64,000 bases of DNA from an uncultured Planctomycetia bacterium (lineage in GTDB: Bacteria > Planctomycetota > Planctomycetia > Pirellulales > S012-138): positions 4,674-68,673 of the forward strand of contig CALOEH010000107.1 of the NCBI GenBank assembly GCA_942492195.1, written 5' to 3'. Below the pieces are notes generated by a model. It saw nothing but the letters and a program-made list of their open reading frames with translations, did no database searches and had not been told where the DNA came from. This document shows, piece after piece, positions 9,644 through 18,955 of this stretch; positions within the stretch are counted from its first letter, which is position 1, and each line of letters begins with the position of its first letter. The position numbers were made by a program, and so were the translations under genes.

Positions 9644-10675
9644 TCAGGCAGGCTGAACTGTCACCGTTGGCTGCGTCTCAGTGACCACGTGAACCGTATT
9701 CACCAACGCGGCGCCGGATTCGGGGATGATGTGAATCTCGTCCCCGGTTTGGTAGGTCCAGTCGCGCTGGCCGAAGCTCAGCTTGCTGGTGCCGAAGAAG
9801 TGCAGGTGAATGTCGCCGGCAAGGCGATGCTGAGGGTATTTGAAATGGTGGTCTTCGCAATTGGCCAGCGAGTGGCACATGTGCTGCTCACCGGTCAACA
9901 GTTCGCCACTGTTGTAGATGGTTTGCCCTGCGCGCTTGACGTGGCATTGCAGACGTAGCTCTTGGAAATCGAAGTCGGTGATCAACTCCGGGCCGACGGC
10001 GCACTGCCGGAGCTTAGAGGGAGCCAGGTAGAGGTAGTTGAGCCGCTCGGTGGCGTGGTCCGACCACTCGTTGCCTAAGGCGAAGCCGAGCCTGCGCGGG
10101 ACGCCGTGCGAATCAATGACGTAGCAGCCGACGAGTTCGGCTTCTTCACCGCCGTCTCTGGCAAAGCCGGGGATTTCTAGCGTCCAGCGATGTCCGCGGA
10201 GGTTGTGGCCAGTGCCTTTGTAGAACCACTCTGGCGAAACGCCTCGTGTACCAGCGGCGGGTTTGCCACCTTCGATGCCCATGGCAAACATCTTGGCCGA
10301 GTCGGTCATTTCGGCTTCGGACGGTTGCGTGTGCATGCTGTCTCGGGACTGCATACTGCCCAGGTGCGTGAGCCCGGTGCCGGTGATCGTCACACGGTGG
10401 AGGTCAGCGGCGTCCAAGGCAGGGTGCAGCATCGGCCGGTTACCGTGCGGCTCGCTCGCTAAGAGCGACACGTAGTTGAGCCGAGCCGCCGCGGACTCTT
10501 GCGAAGCGGCGGTCAACAGATCGGCGAACGTCTGGCCGGTCCGCTCTGCTTCGTTGAAGATGTCAACCGTGCGGAGCCAGTCCGGCCGCACCGAGGTCAA
10601 GTCGCACACGTCTTGCCCTTCGACGATGCCGACGCGGCGTCCCTGACCGGGAACTTCGAATTGAACAATTCTCAT
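9644..10675 (-). CDS. FAH-superfamily protein, GguC/AraD1-like
   Basis: 343-aa ORF. The N-terminus MRIVQFEVPGQGRRVGIVEG and the overall layout resemble GguC/AraD1-type fumarylacetoacetate-hydrolase-fold proteins. Assignment is from memory only. Confidence 0.55.
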   Translation of the reverse strand: MRIVQFEVPGQGRRVGIVEGQDVCDLTSVRPDWLRTVDIFNEAERTGQTFADLLTAASQESAAARLNYVSLLASEPHGNRPMLHPALDAADLHRVTITGTGLTHLGSMQSRDSMHTQPSEAEMTDSAKMFAMGIEGGKPAAGTRGVSPEWFYKGTGHNLRGHRWTLEIPGFARDGGEEAELVGCYVIDSHGVPRRLGFALGNEWSDHATERLNYLYLAPSKLRQCAVGPELITDFDFQELRLQCHVKRAGQTIYNSGELLTGEQHMCHSLANCEDHHFKYPQHRLAGDIHLHFFGTSKLSFGQRDWTYQTGDEIHIIPESGAALVNTVHVVTETQPTVTVQPA

Positions 10676-10717
10676 GGGCTTGGCCTTGGTCGTAGACGCA
10701 AGGCTTGGTGCCCTGCT

Positions 10718-12001
10718 TTACAGGAAGTAATCCTGGCGATCAGCACCGGGGGTGACCGAGTCCAATTTCTCCGGATGGTCAATCATATCCTGGAGCCACC
10801 AGTTGGTGGAATTGTACAGGCAAGTCACTTCTTTGCACTCATGGGCGGCATCAAAACGCTGGATGATGTCGCCGACTTTGATCAGCGTGCGTTTGACTTG
10901 CTCACCATCTCGGTATCCGCCGGCGTGCGTGATGCGGGCTTTTGGCACACTGCGATAAGCAGGGCAGTTGAACACCCCATGCGGTGTCACCACTTGCCGG
11001 AAGAACTGCATGTGGCAGCGGCCAGGCTGTTTGGTGTAGGATTCCCATTGCTGGTTTTCCAACAGTTTCATGTTGGTGCTTTCGACTACTTTGAAAGTGT
11101 CGGTCCCCAGTTTCTTGGCTTCATCGATGGACGCCCGAATCCTGGCGGTGATCACATCCAACTCCTCTTGTGCCTGGTCGGGGTTCATGATCTCCGAGCC
11201 ATTTTCTTCGGCGCGAATCAAGAACGGCTTGATCGAGATATAGTCGAACTGGTAGTCCCGCGCTCGCTTGGTGGCCATCAGCAGTTCGTGGATGTTTTCC
11301 ACAATCTTGGTATCGTCGCGCTGCGCTCCGCGCCAGGTGATGATGAACGAGAAGCCGAGCTGGAAGTTGGGATTCTTGGCTTTGATCTTGGGAGCCCACT
11401 CGCAGATTTCGTCCAAGGTGATCGGTTGCCGCGGTTTGTGCATCGCCTGAAAGGTTTCGTCGGTTCCAGAGTCCAGCGAGAGCCGAACCCAGTCACCAGG
11501 GGTGAAGTACTCCGCGGCTTCGAGCAGGCGATCGCCACGTCCGCCGTTGGTGACCACGGAGACTTGCTGTTTGAGGTCACGTTTGAGGTAAGCCACCATG
11601 TCGGCAAAGCGGGGATACACGGTCGGTTCGCCGCCGCCAATCAGAATAACGCTCTTCATTCCCCGCTCGGCCATGTTGCGGAGCGAGTCGCGGAGTTCGT
11701 CTTCTTTGTGCTTGACCCCGGTGTTGAGGATGTCCCAGTCGATGCAATGATCGCAGCGGTAGTTGCACGCAGTGGTGAGGTCCAAGTTGATGGAGACCGG
11801 AGCCCACTCGGGCGGCGTCGGGGGTTCGCTGTTGGACTCTTCTGCTTTTTGGACGGCGGACTGCCATCGCACGTAGTCCACCACCTGAGGCCAAATGGAC
11901 TCTTGGGTCATCTTGGCGCTGAAATTGTGGAAGTCGTGAATATCGTCCATGATTTCACCTGCTGACGCGGTTGGGGTTCGCTCGAATGCTCTGCGGGTCA
12001 A
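10718..12001 (-). CDS. radical SAM enzyme, subfamily unknown (likely start ATG 11950)
   Basis: CxxxCxxC cluster in LTTACNYRCDHCIDWD, and a GGGEP motif (ILIGGGEPTV). ATG 11950 is preceded by AGGTGA. Further Cys residues lie near the C-terminus (CHMQ, CPAYR, CKEVTC). Confidence 0.8.
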   Translation of the reverse strand: MTRRAFERTPTASAGEIMDDIHDFHNFSAKMTQESIWPQVVDYVRWQSAVQKAEESNSEPPTPPEWAPVSINLDLTTACNYRCDHCIDWDILNTGVKHKEDELRDSLRNMAERGMKSVILIGGGEPTVYPRFADMVAYLKRDLKQQVSVVTNGGRGDRLLEAAEYFTPGDWVRLSLDSGTDETFQAMHKPRQPITLDEICEWAPKIKAKNPNFQLGFSFIITWRGAQRDDTKIVENIHELLMATKRARDYQFDYISIKPFLIRAEENGSEIMNPDQAQEELDVITARIRASIDEAKKLGTDTFKVVESTNMKLLENQQWESYTKQPGRCHMQFFRQVVTPHGVFNCPAYRSVPKARITHAGGYRDGEQVKRTLIKVGDIIQRFDAAHECKEVTCLYNSTNWWLQDMIDHPEKLDSVTPGADRQDYFL

Positions 12002-12043
12002 GAACTGTTGAACCCGCGCGATGTGGATGATTGGGGTTTCAGG

Positions 12044-13105
12044 TCAAAGGCGATCTAGCGCCACCTGGTAGATGCTCCAAAGTAGCTGCATGCTGTTCAA
12101 AAGAATCGGTTGTATCGATCGGGCGCTTGGCCCCTTTTCGCAGCAGGCAAGAAAATCCTCGGTTAACAGTGCTAGCGGATCTGGCAGTGGTAGCCGCCGC
12201 GAAGCCGCCGGGAGTGCCGTCGGGCCGTCGACACGCCAACGCCGGGCCTGACCGGTCTCCAGCCACATTTGATACTCAGGCAAGTCAATCACTCGGCGGA
12301 CGGGGCAATCATCAATGGCGTAGCCGGCCGGGCGAGGCTGCTGGGCCACGCGGTCGAGATTGACCACCATGTCGGTCCTACCGTGGCGATGTTGATAGGC
12401 AAACGTCACCACGGCCGAGTCTGCCTGACCTTGTTCGCTCCGATGCCGACAGACGACGTCAATCTCCGTCGCCACACCGCCTGCTGGGCAGGTAGCGAGT
12501 AGCAGACTGATGGCGTGTGGGAGTGAGTTGGGAATCATCTCAGCCCCGCACGCATCTGGCGAAAGCGTCACCGAGATTCGTCGTGGAACCGCCGGTTGGT
12601 TGCCGGTCCGTGGATACAGTCGGGAGAAAACCGGCAGCGTGTAGGGCCACTGCTCGTTGACCATCAACGTCTGGTCCGACGCGGCAAAGGCTTCGACAAT
12701 GCCGGCCGCATCGGCAGGCACATCGCGATCAGGTTCAAACACCAACGGTTTCTCACACAGCGTATGCACTCCATGCTCCAACGCCGCATGTAGATGGGCG
12801 CGGTGGAACTGCGCCGGCGAACAAATCGCCACGGCGTCAGGCACCGTCTCGGCGAGCATCGCTTCGACCGATGTGAAACCTGCGCAGGTGATGCCGTGTG
12901 CCGTGTCCAAGGCTCGCTGGGCCTGTTCCACGGTTTGGGCCTGAGTTCCAGCAATCGCTACCACGTCGGCACCGTGATGATGCAGCCAGCGAGCAACGTG
13001 TTGGCCGATCCCTTGTCGGTGACGTCGGGCCCCCACGATAGCAACGCGTTGCGGCATCTCGTCCGTTCCTGCAAAGTGAAAGAGTTGGGTGAGCCAGCGT
13101 TTCAT
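12044..13105 (-). CDS. Gfo/Idh/MocA-family oxidoreductase (likely start ATG 13057)
   Basis: Rossmann-type start RVAIVGARRHRQGIG and the EKP motif (HTLCEKPLV). Confidence 0.7.
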   Translation of the reverse strand: MKRWLTQLFHFAGTDEMPQRVAIVGARRHRQGIGQHVARWLHHHGADVVAIAGTQAQTVEQAQRALDTAHGITCAGFTSVEAMLAETVPDAVAICSPAQFHRAHLHAALEHGVHTLCEKPLVFEPDRDVPADAAGIVEAFAASDQTLMVNEQWPYTLPVFSRLYPRTGNQPAVPRRISVTLSPDACGAEMIPNSLPHAISLLLATCPAGGVATEIDVVCRHRSEQGQADSAVVTFAYQHRHGRTDMVVNLDRVAQQPRPAGYAIDDCPVRRVIDLPEYQMWLETGQARRWRVDGPTALPAASRRLPLPDPLALLTEDFLACCEKGPSARSIQPILLNSMQLLWSIYQVALDRL

Positions 13106-13215
13106 GCTCCGGCGGCAGCACTAGCACAGACAGCAGCCGATCAGCAGACCGTGGCGAAGATGGAACTCGTCATAATCCAAGATGCCCATTGGCTGCAAGC
13201 CGACCTGCCACAGAT

Positions 13216-13243
13216 CTACAGATAGGGTGCAGCCTGCGGTTTG
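13216..13243. repeat. left target duplication plus left IR of the ISKra4-like element
   Basis: Direct comparison with 14844-14871. Confidence 0.85.
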
Positions 13244-14862
13244 CGCGGTGCGGTGGTATGGTGTAGAACGATAGCTGGATTTCACATTGATTGGGACGAA
13301 TGAAGGAACGAATCGAGGCATTTGCCCGCGAGATAGCCGAAGAATTTGGTGAGATCGATGAGAGCAATGCGCTCAGTTGGCTGGATGCTCTTGAGACCCA
13401 ATCGATAGAGATCGGCGACGCGCTCACGACCGAATTGCTGAAGCATAAGGCGGCAGAGCACAAGTGCGATCAAGACGAAGGGGTCTGCCCAGATTGTGGC
13501 CAACTCGGCTGCTGATAAAGGGCTGCGGGACACGCCGCTCATCAGCCGGCGTGGGCCAACGTCCATCGCCGAGCCAGAGTACTACTGCCCTTGCTGTCGC
13601 AAGGCTTTTTTTCCCGATGACCCGGCGCGATCGGCGTTGAGGTCACTTGCCCTTTCACGCCAGGCATGCTTCGCAAGGTAGGCCATGCTGGCACTCGGGC
13701 AAGCTCCTTTGATCGAGGGGCGGAAGATCTTGCTGTATTGGCCGAGGTGACGGTCTCACGGGAGCAAGTCCAGCGATGGACCAAGCGGGTGGGCGACGAG
13801 CGCGTGGGTGGAAGTGGAGCGGCAAGCCGAAGCCTTCGAGAAACTCCCTCTGCCCGAGCAACGCAAGAGCCCAACAGGGCAGTCTCCTCAGGTGGCTTGT
13901 GTGCAACTGGACGGTGGTCGGATGCAGATTCGCAGTCGACAAGCGAAGCCGAAGAAGAAGAACCGAAAAGGCTTCTGGCGAGAAACCCTGGTCGGCTGGT
14001 GAACTTGGAGTATGACGAGCACGGAGCATGAGACGGACCCTTGTCCGATCATTCCCCAGACCTTCGTGCATCCTCAGCGAATTCACAAGCTGAGCCGAGA
14101 AATCAAAGGGTTTTATGGTGACGAGGACGCAACTGCGGCGGCGGAGGAGGAGTCGGTGGACGACCGCGAAGGGCGTCCCGCCCTGTTGGTCAAGAGTGTG
14201 GTCGCCACGCGGCAAGGCCCCAAGTCCTTCGGGAAGCAAATGGCGGCCGAAGCCTACTCACGCGGCTTTGCTGCCTCGCAACGCAAAGCGTGCGTGTGCG
14301 ATGGGTCGGCAACCAATTGGGCGGTACAACGCAAGCACTTCTCACACTACACACCGATTCTCGATTTCATCCACGCCATCTGCTACGTCTATGCTGCGGC
14401 AATGGCTGGCCGCCGTGGCGAGGCCGCCTGGCGGGACTACTGCCAATGGGCTCAGTGGCTTTGGTCCGGCCAGACAAGCGAGTTAATCGCGGCCGTCGAG
14501 GCCCGGTCAAAAGAACTTGGCCTTCCCGAGGACAAGGACGAAACATCCCCTGCAGCTGTGGTGGCCAGGACGGTGGTCTATCTCAAGAACCAACGCTCGC
14601 GGATGAAGTATCCGGAGTACCGCCGACTTGGGATGCCGATCACTTCCAGCTACATCGAGTCGACCATCAAGCAAGTCAACCAGCGCGTCAAAGGCACCGA
14701 AAAGTTCTGGGACGAAGGAGCCGAACCAATCTTGAAGTTGGTCGCCGCCGACCTGAGCGAAACGCCCTCCTTCGACCGCTTCTGGAAAACCCGACACCAG
14801 CGCATCCCCTCCACCCGTCGCTACGGGACCGCCGCATAAAAAACAAACCGCAGGCTGCACCC
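13225..14862 (+). mobile_element. ISKra4-like insertion sequence (1638 bp) with a decayed transposase
   Basis: Perfect 19-bp IRs: GGGTGCAGCCTGCGGTTTG (13225-13243) and CAAACCGCAGGCTGCACCC (14844-14862). They are flanked by a 9-bp direct repeat CTACAGATA (13216-13224 and 14863-14871). Confidence 0.85.
13291..14839 (+). pseudogene. ISKra4-like transposase, at least three frameshifts and one in-frame TGA
   Basis: Pieces in alternating frames: 13291-13515 (..CPDCGQLG), 13496-13681 (..YYCPCCRKAFFPDD), about 13640-14031 (VEVTCPFTPGMLRKV..VSREQVQRWTKRVGDERV), and 13808-14002 (EAFEKLPLPEQRK..VQLDGGRMQIR..FWRETLVGW, then TGA at 14000-14002). The last piece, 14012-14839, carries ILDFIHAICYVY and ITSSYIESTIKQVNQRVKGTEKFW. 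Family assignment is from memory. Confidence 0.7.
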
Positions 14863-14871
14863 CTACAGATA
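14844..14871. repeat. right IR plus right target duplication of the ISKra4-like element
   Basis: Direct comparison with 13216-13243. Confidence 0.85.
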
Positions 14872-15055
14872 CGCTCGAACCAGCGAGGCTATTTCTTGAA
14901 CGGGCCATAGGGAGAACTGGACAGATCTGACAGATCTGGAGAACTGGCTGCGTGCGTTGTCGAAAGCTGTTATGATGCGCGCGTCGGCAGAGCAACACCA
15001 ACGTGCGTTTGAATGCCGAGTTTCGAGCGATTGGCGGTAAGCGAACCATCGAGTC

Positions 15056-15625
15056 ATGTCCGAATCACTGCGTGGACAATTTCTGATTGCTGGACCGAAA
15101 TTGCGAGACGGCAATTTCTTCAAGACCGTTGTGCTCATCCTTGAGCATGGCGAGAGTGGAGCGATGGGGGTCATCATCAATCGCCCTTCAACCGTGCTGG
15201 TCAGCAACGCCTTGAGCGAACACTTTGACCTGCCAGATTCCACAGATCTGGTCTATGTCGGAGGACCGGTGGAAGGCTCCGCCTTGTTCATTCTCCACGA
15301 TTGCGTGGAGTTGGATCACCAGGCGGAGCCGGTGATTCCAGGAGTGTTGGTGGGAACCAGCGGAGACGTGTTTCGGCAAGTGGTCGAAGCAGGCTTAGAA
15401 GACGAACTGCACGGCCCCAGTTTCCGCGTCTATTCCGGATGCTCCGGATGGGGACCCGGCCAGCTCGAAGGCGAACTCAATCGGGCAGATTGGTTGGTCT
15501 ATCCCGCCGAGGCAGATTATGTCTTTCATGACGATCCCTATGAGATCTGGGACGAATTGCTGGAAGCCGCATACGTCGAACATCGAATACTGCCAGACCT
15601 CGACGGCCCACCCGAGTTGAACTAG
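15056..15625 (+). CDS. YqgE/AlgH family (UPF0301) protein
   Basis: 189 aa with the typical start LRGQFLIAGPKLRDGNFFKTVVLILEH...GAMGVIINRP and YSGCSGWGPGQLEGE. Confidence 0.85.
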   Translation: MSESLRGQFLIAGPKLRDGNFFKTVVLILEHGESGAMGVIINRPSTVLVSNALSEHFDLPDSTDLVYVGGPVEGSALFILHDCVELDHQAEPVIPGVLVGTSGDVFRQVVEAGLEDELHGPSFRVYSGCSGWGPGQLEGELNRADWLVYPAEADYVFHDDPYEIWDELLEAAYVEHRILPDLDGPPELN

Positions 15626-15728
15626 GCCAGAACTCCTAGGGCAACGTCCGCTCCTCTCGATCTCCGCTTGCCCGTTGACAAGGCAGAGTGGTCCCCTGCG
15701 AATCAACCGGCAAGGCTGCCTTCGGCCA

Positions 15729-15815
15729 GGTAGAACAATTGTCCCAATTGTTCATCTTCAAAGGCACCTGATACGTCGTTCTTAGTCCCTGAACAGTTGG
15801 GACAACCGTTCTACC
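15729..15815. repeat. family-1 repeat, full inverted dimer (about 87 nt)
   Basis: Arm GGTAGAACAATTGTCCCAATTGTTCA (15729-15754) and arm TGAACAGTTGGGACAACCGTTCTACC (15790-15815) are reverse complements in 23 of 26 positions. The left arm contains a perfect 9+3+9 palindrome GAACAATTG-TCC-CAATTGTTC (15733-15753). The spacer resembles the one at 34348-34382. Confidence 0.85.
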
Positions 15816-15911
15816 TAAAAATTCTCTGCATCAATGGCATTGGGTTTGCATTGGTAGTGGTTGTTTGCTTTGTCCCATTGGGCAGAGCCACCGGGGGCGT
15901 GCAAAGTCTAA

Positions 15912-16271
15912 ATGGGAGAATCACTCATGTTTGCGAAACGAAACGTGCTGCCAATGACGCTGGGAACCCTACTGGCGGCCGCGATACTTACCGCAGGGTT
16001 TGCCTCTTCGGCGAGCGCTGAAGTCCCGGAGAAGTTCCAAGGACTGATCGTCAGCGCAGGTGCCGGTCAAGCGGTCGTGATGGTCGGCTCAGAGTCCCTG
16101 ATGTTCGTGATTACGGACGAGACCAAAATCACATTGAACAAGTCAGCTGCCAAGCTCGAAGACCTGCAGAAAGGTCAAATGGCCAGCGTCATGGCAAGAC
16201 GGGTCGGAGACCAGTTCCTGGCCCTGACGATCGACGCGAAGAAGGCTGTGATTGGCAGCAGGGCTGACTAA
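15912..16271 (+). CDS. small secreted hypothetical protein (likely start 15927)
   Basis: Signal peptide MFAKRNVLPMTLGTLLAAAILTAGFASSASA. Confidence 0.6.
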   Translation: MGESLMFAKRNVLPMTLGTLLAAAILTAGFASSASAEVPEKFQGLIVSAGAGQAVVMVGSESLMFVITDETKITLNKSAAKLEDLQKGQMASVMARRVGDQFLALTIDAKKAVIGSRAD

Positions 16272-16328
16272 CAGCAAGTCCGCAGGCCGCTAATCCACTA
16301 CTATCCAGCATTTAGGAGGAACCGCACG

Positions 16329-16730
16329 TCACGCAATGCGTGCGAACGGAAGCGTGGCAGGCGTTTCCTCTTCGCTGGATCTGTGCGATGCCGCTCCCAG
16401 AGGTCGGGCTGGCTTGCAGCATAAACCATTGTTCCCTAAGGACATGCGCAAGGCGGCTACCTGTTCAGGCTGCATTTCAACGGCGCTTTGCGTGAACCAA
16501 CCAATTCCCTCACCCCAACTCTGCTGCTGTAACGAAATGACGCTGGAGCCGTCCGCTTCGCGAGTCAGCACCAATTGCAAGCGTTCATCATCATGGGCCG
16601 AATCGATGGTGGCTAAGACCAAGGGGGCATTCATGGCAGGCAGACGGTGGAGGGATTCGCGAGGATATTGAGAATCGTTATCAACAAGATTGATTCTAAA
16701 AGACACGTCAACCGTTGTCAATGTATTCAA
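16329..16730 (-). CDS. hypothetical protein (possibly starting at 16634)
   Basis: 133-aa ORF; no family recognised. Confidence 0.4.
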   Translation of the reverse strand: MNTLTTVDVSFRINLVDNDSQYPRESLHRLPAMNAPLVLATIDSAHDDERLQLVLTREADGSSVISLQQQSWGEGIGWFTQSAVEMQPEQVAALRMSLGNNGLCCKPARPLGAASHRSSEEETPATLPFARIA

Positions 16731-16750
16731 GCGGCGAAATTCCCCGTCTG

Positions 16751-17251
16751 TTACTCGCCCTGGGGGACGAAGTCGAATGCGTAGCGGGGGCCCAGCAACC
16801 GACGCGTCAGATACACAATCTCTTGCGTATGTCCTCGGAAATGCGGAATGGTGTCGAAGATGACCGCTGCTCCGCTGAGGTCAAACTCCTGCACATGGCG
16901 GACTCGGACCAATTCGGCTGGCGAGATTCTTCTCAATACCGCCAGGGCTTCGGCAACCGTGTCGGCCAGGCGGCCGATGAGTTCTTCTTTGGTCAGCGGT
17001 TCGCGCTGGTCGAACTCCTGTTGCCGAGCGCGGATGTCCGGAACCCCGCCTAATCCAGAAATCACCCACTGCCGCAAGTTCCCGCAGAGGTGCAAGATCA
17101 GGTTGCCAATGCTGTTGAGGTCCGGTCGCTCGCGCCACCAGAGTTGTTCATCGCTGAGTTGCCGGACGCAGTGCCCAATCTTACTGTGCGCACTGTCCAA
17201 TTCCCGGCATGCCGCCTCGATCACGGCCTGACACAGCTCCTCTGGGTCCAT
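16751..17251 (-). CDS. DinB/DUF1572-like helical-bundle protein
   Basis: ORF 16751-17401. GGAGGA lies 6 nt upstream of ATG 17251 (MDPEELCQ...). His-containing segments LILHLCGNLRQW and HFRGHTQEIVYL are typical of DinB-fold proteins. Confidence 0.6.
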   Translation of the reverse strand: MDPEELCQAVIEAACRELDSAHSKIGHCVRQLSDEQLWWRERPDLNSIGNLILHLCGNLRQWVISGLGGVPDIRARQQEFDQREPLTKEELIGRLADTVAEALAVLRRISPAELVRVRHVQEFDLSGAAVIFDTIPHFRGHTQEIVYLTRRLLGPRYAFDFVPQGE

Positions 17252-17370
17252 CCTCATTCCTCCGTCGCCGCGCACTAGAAGGTGTGGGCGACCATCGTGG
17301 CATTTGTCAAGCCAACGACGCCAATGCTGGGTGTGTGGGCATTGGCGTCGCGGCGATCGTATCGAAGCAA

Positions 17371-18633
17371 CTACTTCTTGGCCTGATGGAACTTCACGCA
17401 AACCGGCTTAGGGCACTCGACCGTGTCTCCCAGTGGCGTGAGTGCTCCCGTGTCGGGATCGATGCGGTAGAGAGCCAAGGTATTGGAATTCTGATTCGCG
17501 GCAATCAGGATCTTGCCGGTGGGGTCCACGCCGAAATTGCGCGGGGCTTTACCCCGTGTGGACTCATGTTCCACGTAGTTCAGCTTGCCAGTTAGGGGAT
17601 TAATGGCATACACCACAATGCTGTCATGTCCTCGATTCGATCCGAACAGGAACTTGCCGTTGGGGCTGACTTGCACCTCGGCAGTGGAATTATTGCCTTC
17701 GAATCCTTTTGGCAGGGTGGGCACCGTCTGGAAGGCGGTCAACTCACCACGCGACGAATCGTACGTAAAGGCCGTCACGGTGCTGTCGATTTCGTTGATG
17801 ACGTAGGCAAACCCTCCTTGTGGGTGGAAGGCAAAATGCCGGGGCCCAGCACCAGGAGCCAGCTTCGTGTAAGCAGGCATGTTCGGGGTCAGTTTCCCTT
17901 GCTTTGCATCAAAGCGGTAACTGAGTACCTGGTCCAGACCTAAGTCGGCCGCAAACACAAACCCGTTGGTAGGATCCACATGAATCGAGTGCGCGTGGGG
18001 ATCGCGCTGCCGAGGCAAGGCACCGGATCCTTCGTGCTGAACAAAGCAACTTGCTTCGGAGAGCTGCCCGCTGGCGTCAATCGGCAACACGCAGATGCTC
18101 CCTCCACCGTAGTTGGCGGCCAACACGTTGCGACCGGTCGCATCCACGGTCAAATGGCACGGCCCGGTGCCGACGGTGGATTGCTGGTTGATGAGTTTGA
18201 GCGAGCCATCTTTCTCAATGCTGAAGGCGCTCACGGCACCCCCTTTCGAATCCGCGAACTTGCTCACTTCGTTCACGGCATACATCAGTTTTCCGTTGGG
18301 GTGGATTGCCAGGAACGATGGGTTCACCACCTCGGCGGCCAGACCGGCAGGCGTCAACTTGCCGGACTCCAGATCCAGTTCGAACCGATAAATCCCTTTG
18401 CTCTCGCCACCGGTGTAAGTGCCAATGTAAACCGAGATTGGCTCGGCCGACTGTGCATTCGATTCCATCAACCAACTTCCCATCAACAACCAGGCTCCCA
18501 ACGTCGTCCACACGGCGAGGTTCGATACGTAGCGGTGCTGTCCAAACTGACTCGGCATTTCGAATTTCCTTCTGCGGGGAGAATGTACCAGTCGCACCAA
18601 CATGGGCCGGTGACCGGAGGATTTCAACGCCAC
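17371..18633 (-). CDS. lactonase-family 7-bladed beta-propeller protein, secreted (likely start 18558)
   Basis: IGTYTGGESKGIYRFELDLESGKLT...NPSFLAIHPNGKLMYAVNE plus repeated propeller blades. A signal-like segment follows M26. Confidence 0.75.
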   Translation of the reverse strand: MALKSSGHRPMLVRLVHSPRRRKFEMPSQFGQHRYVSNLAVWTTLGAWLLMGSWLMESNAQSAEPISVYIGTYTGGESKGIYRFELDLESGKLTPAGLAAEVVNPSFLAIHPNGKLMYAVNEVSKFADSKGGAVSAFSIEKDGSLKLINQQSTVGTGPCHLTVDATGRNVLAANYGGGSICVLPIDASGQLSEASCFVQHEGSGALPRQRDPHAHSIHVDPTNGFVFAADLGLDQVLSYRFDAKQGKLTPNMPAYTKLAPGAGPRHFAFHPQGGFAYVINEIDSTVTAFTYDSSRGELTAFQTVPTLPKGFEGNNSTAEVQVSPNGKFLFGSNRGHDSIVVYAINPLTGKLNYVEHESTRGKAPRNFGVDPTGKILIAANQNSNTLALYRIDPDTGALTPLGDTVECPKPVCVKFHQAKK

Positions 18634-18955
18634 CCATTATGCGTTCTGGAAACGGCCACTCCCAGAGTCCCGTGAAGGAATTACCAGAGACGGCGAAACA
18701 GCGGGAATCCCGTGCGGTTTCCAGTTGGCTGAAAGAGGGAAGGCCAAACTCGGCGAGCAAGCCGCTGGGTGCTGGACGAACATCTTTCAGACCGGGCGCG
18801 TCTGGACGAAGAGATTGGCGTTGCCGAACAGCGCATGACAGAAGCCTCCCAGGGCGATCCGCTTGAGTGCCGTGACCTCATCGGTGTGGCCACGGCACCC
18901 AAGCAGTGAGAGTTGGGAGAATGTTGCTCGGGTCCAGTTTCAGTGATCCGAACTT

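Noticed and set aside
10499-11965. 488-aa plus-strand ORF antisense to the radical SAM gene
   Set aside because: It exactly shadows a gene with clear family motifs. Its composition (rich in Arg, Gly, Val and Leu, no motifs) is typical of antisense frames in GC-rich DNA.
14912-14946. Interleaved direct repeats GAGAACTGG-ACAGATCTG-ACAGATCTG-GAGAACTGG upstream of the AlgH gene; ACAGATCT also occurs beside the IS target site at 13211-13219
   Set aside because: They are too short and too few to separate from chance. No dyad symmetry exists beyond the AGATCT core. Kept only as a possible operator.
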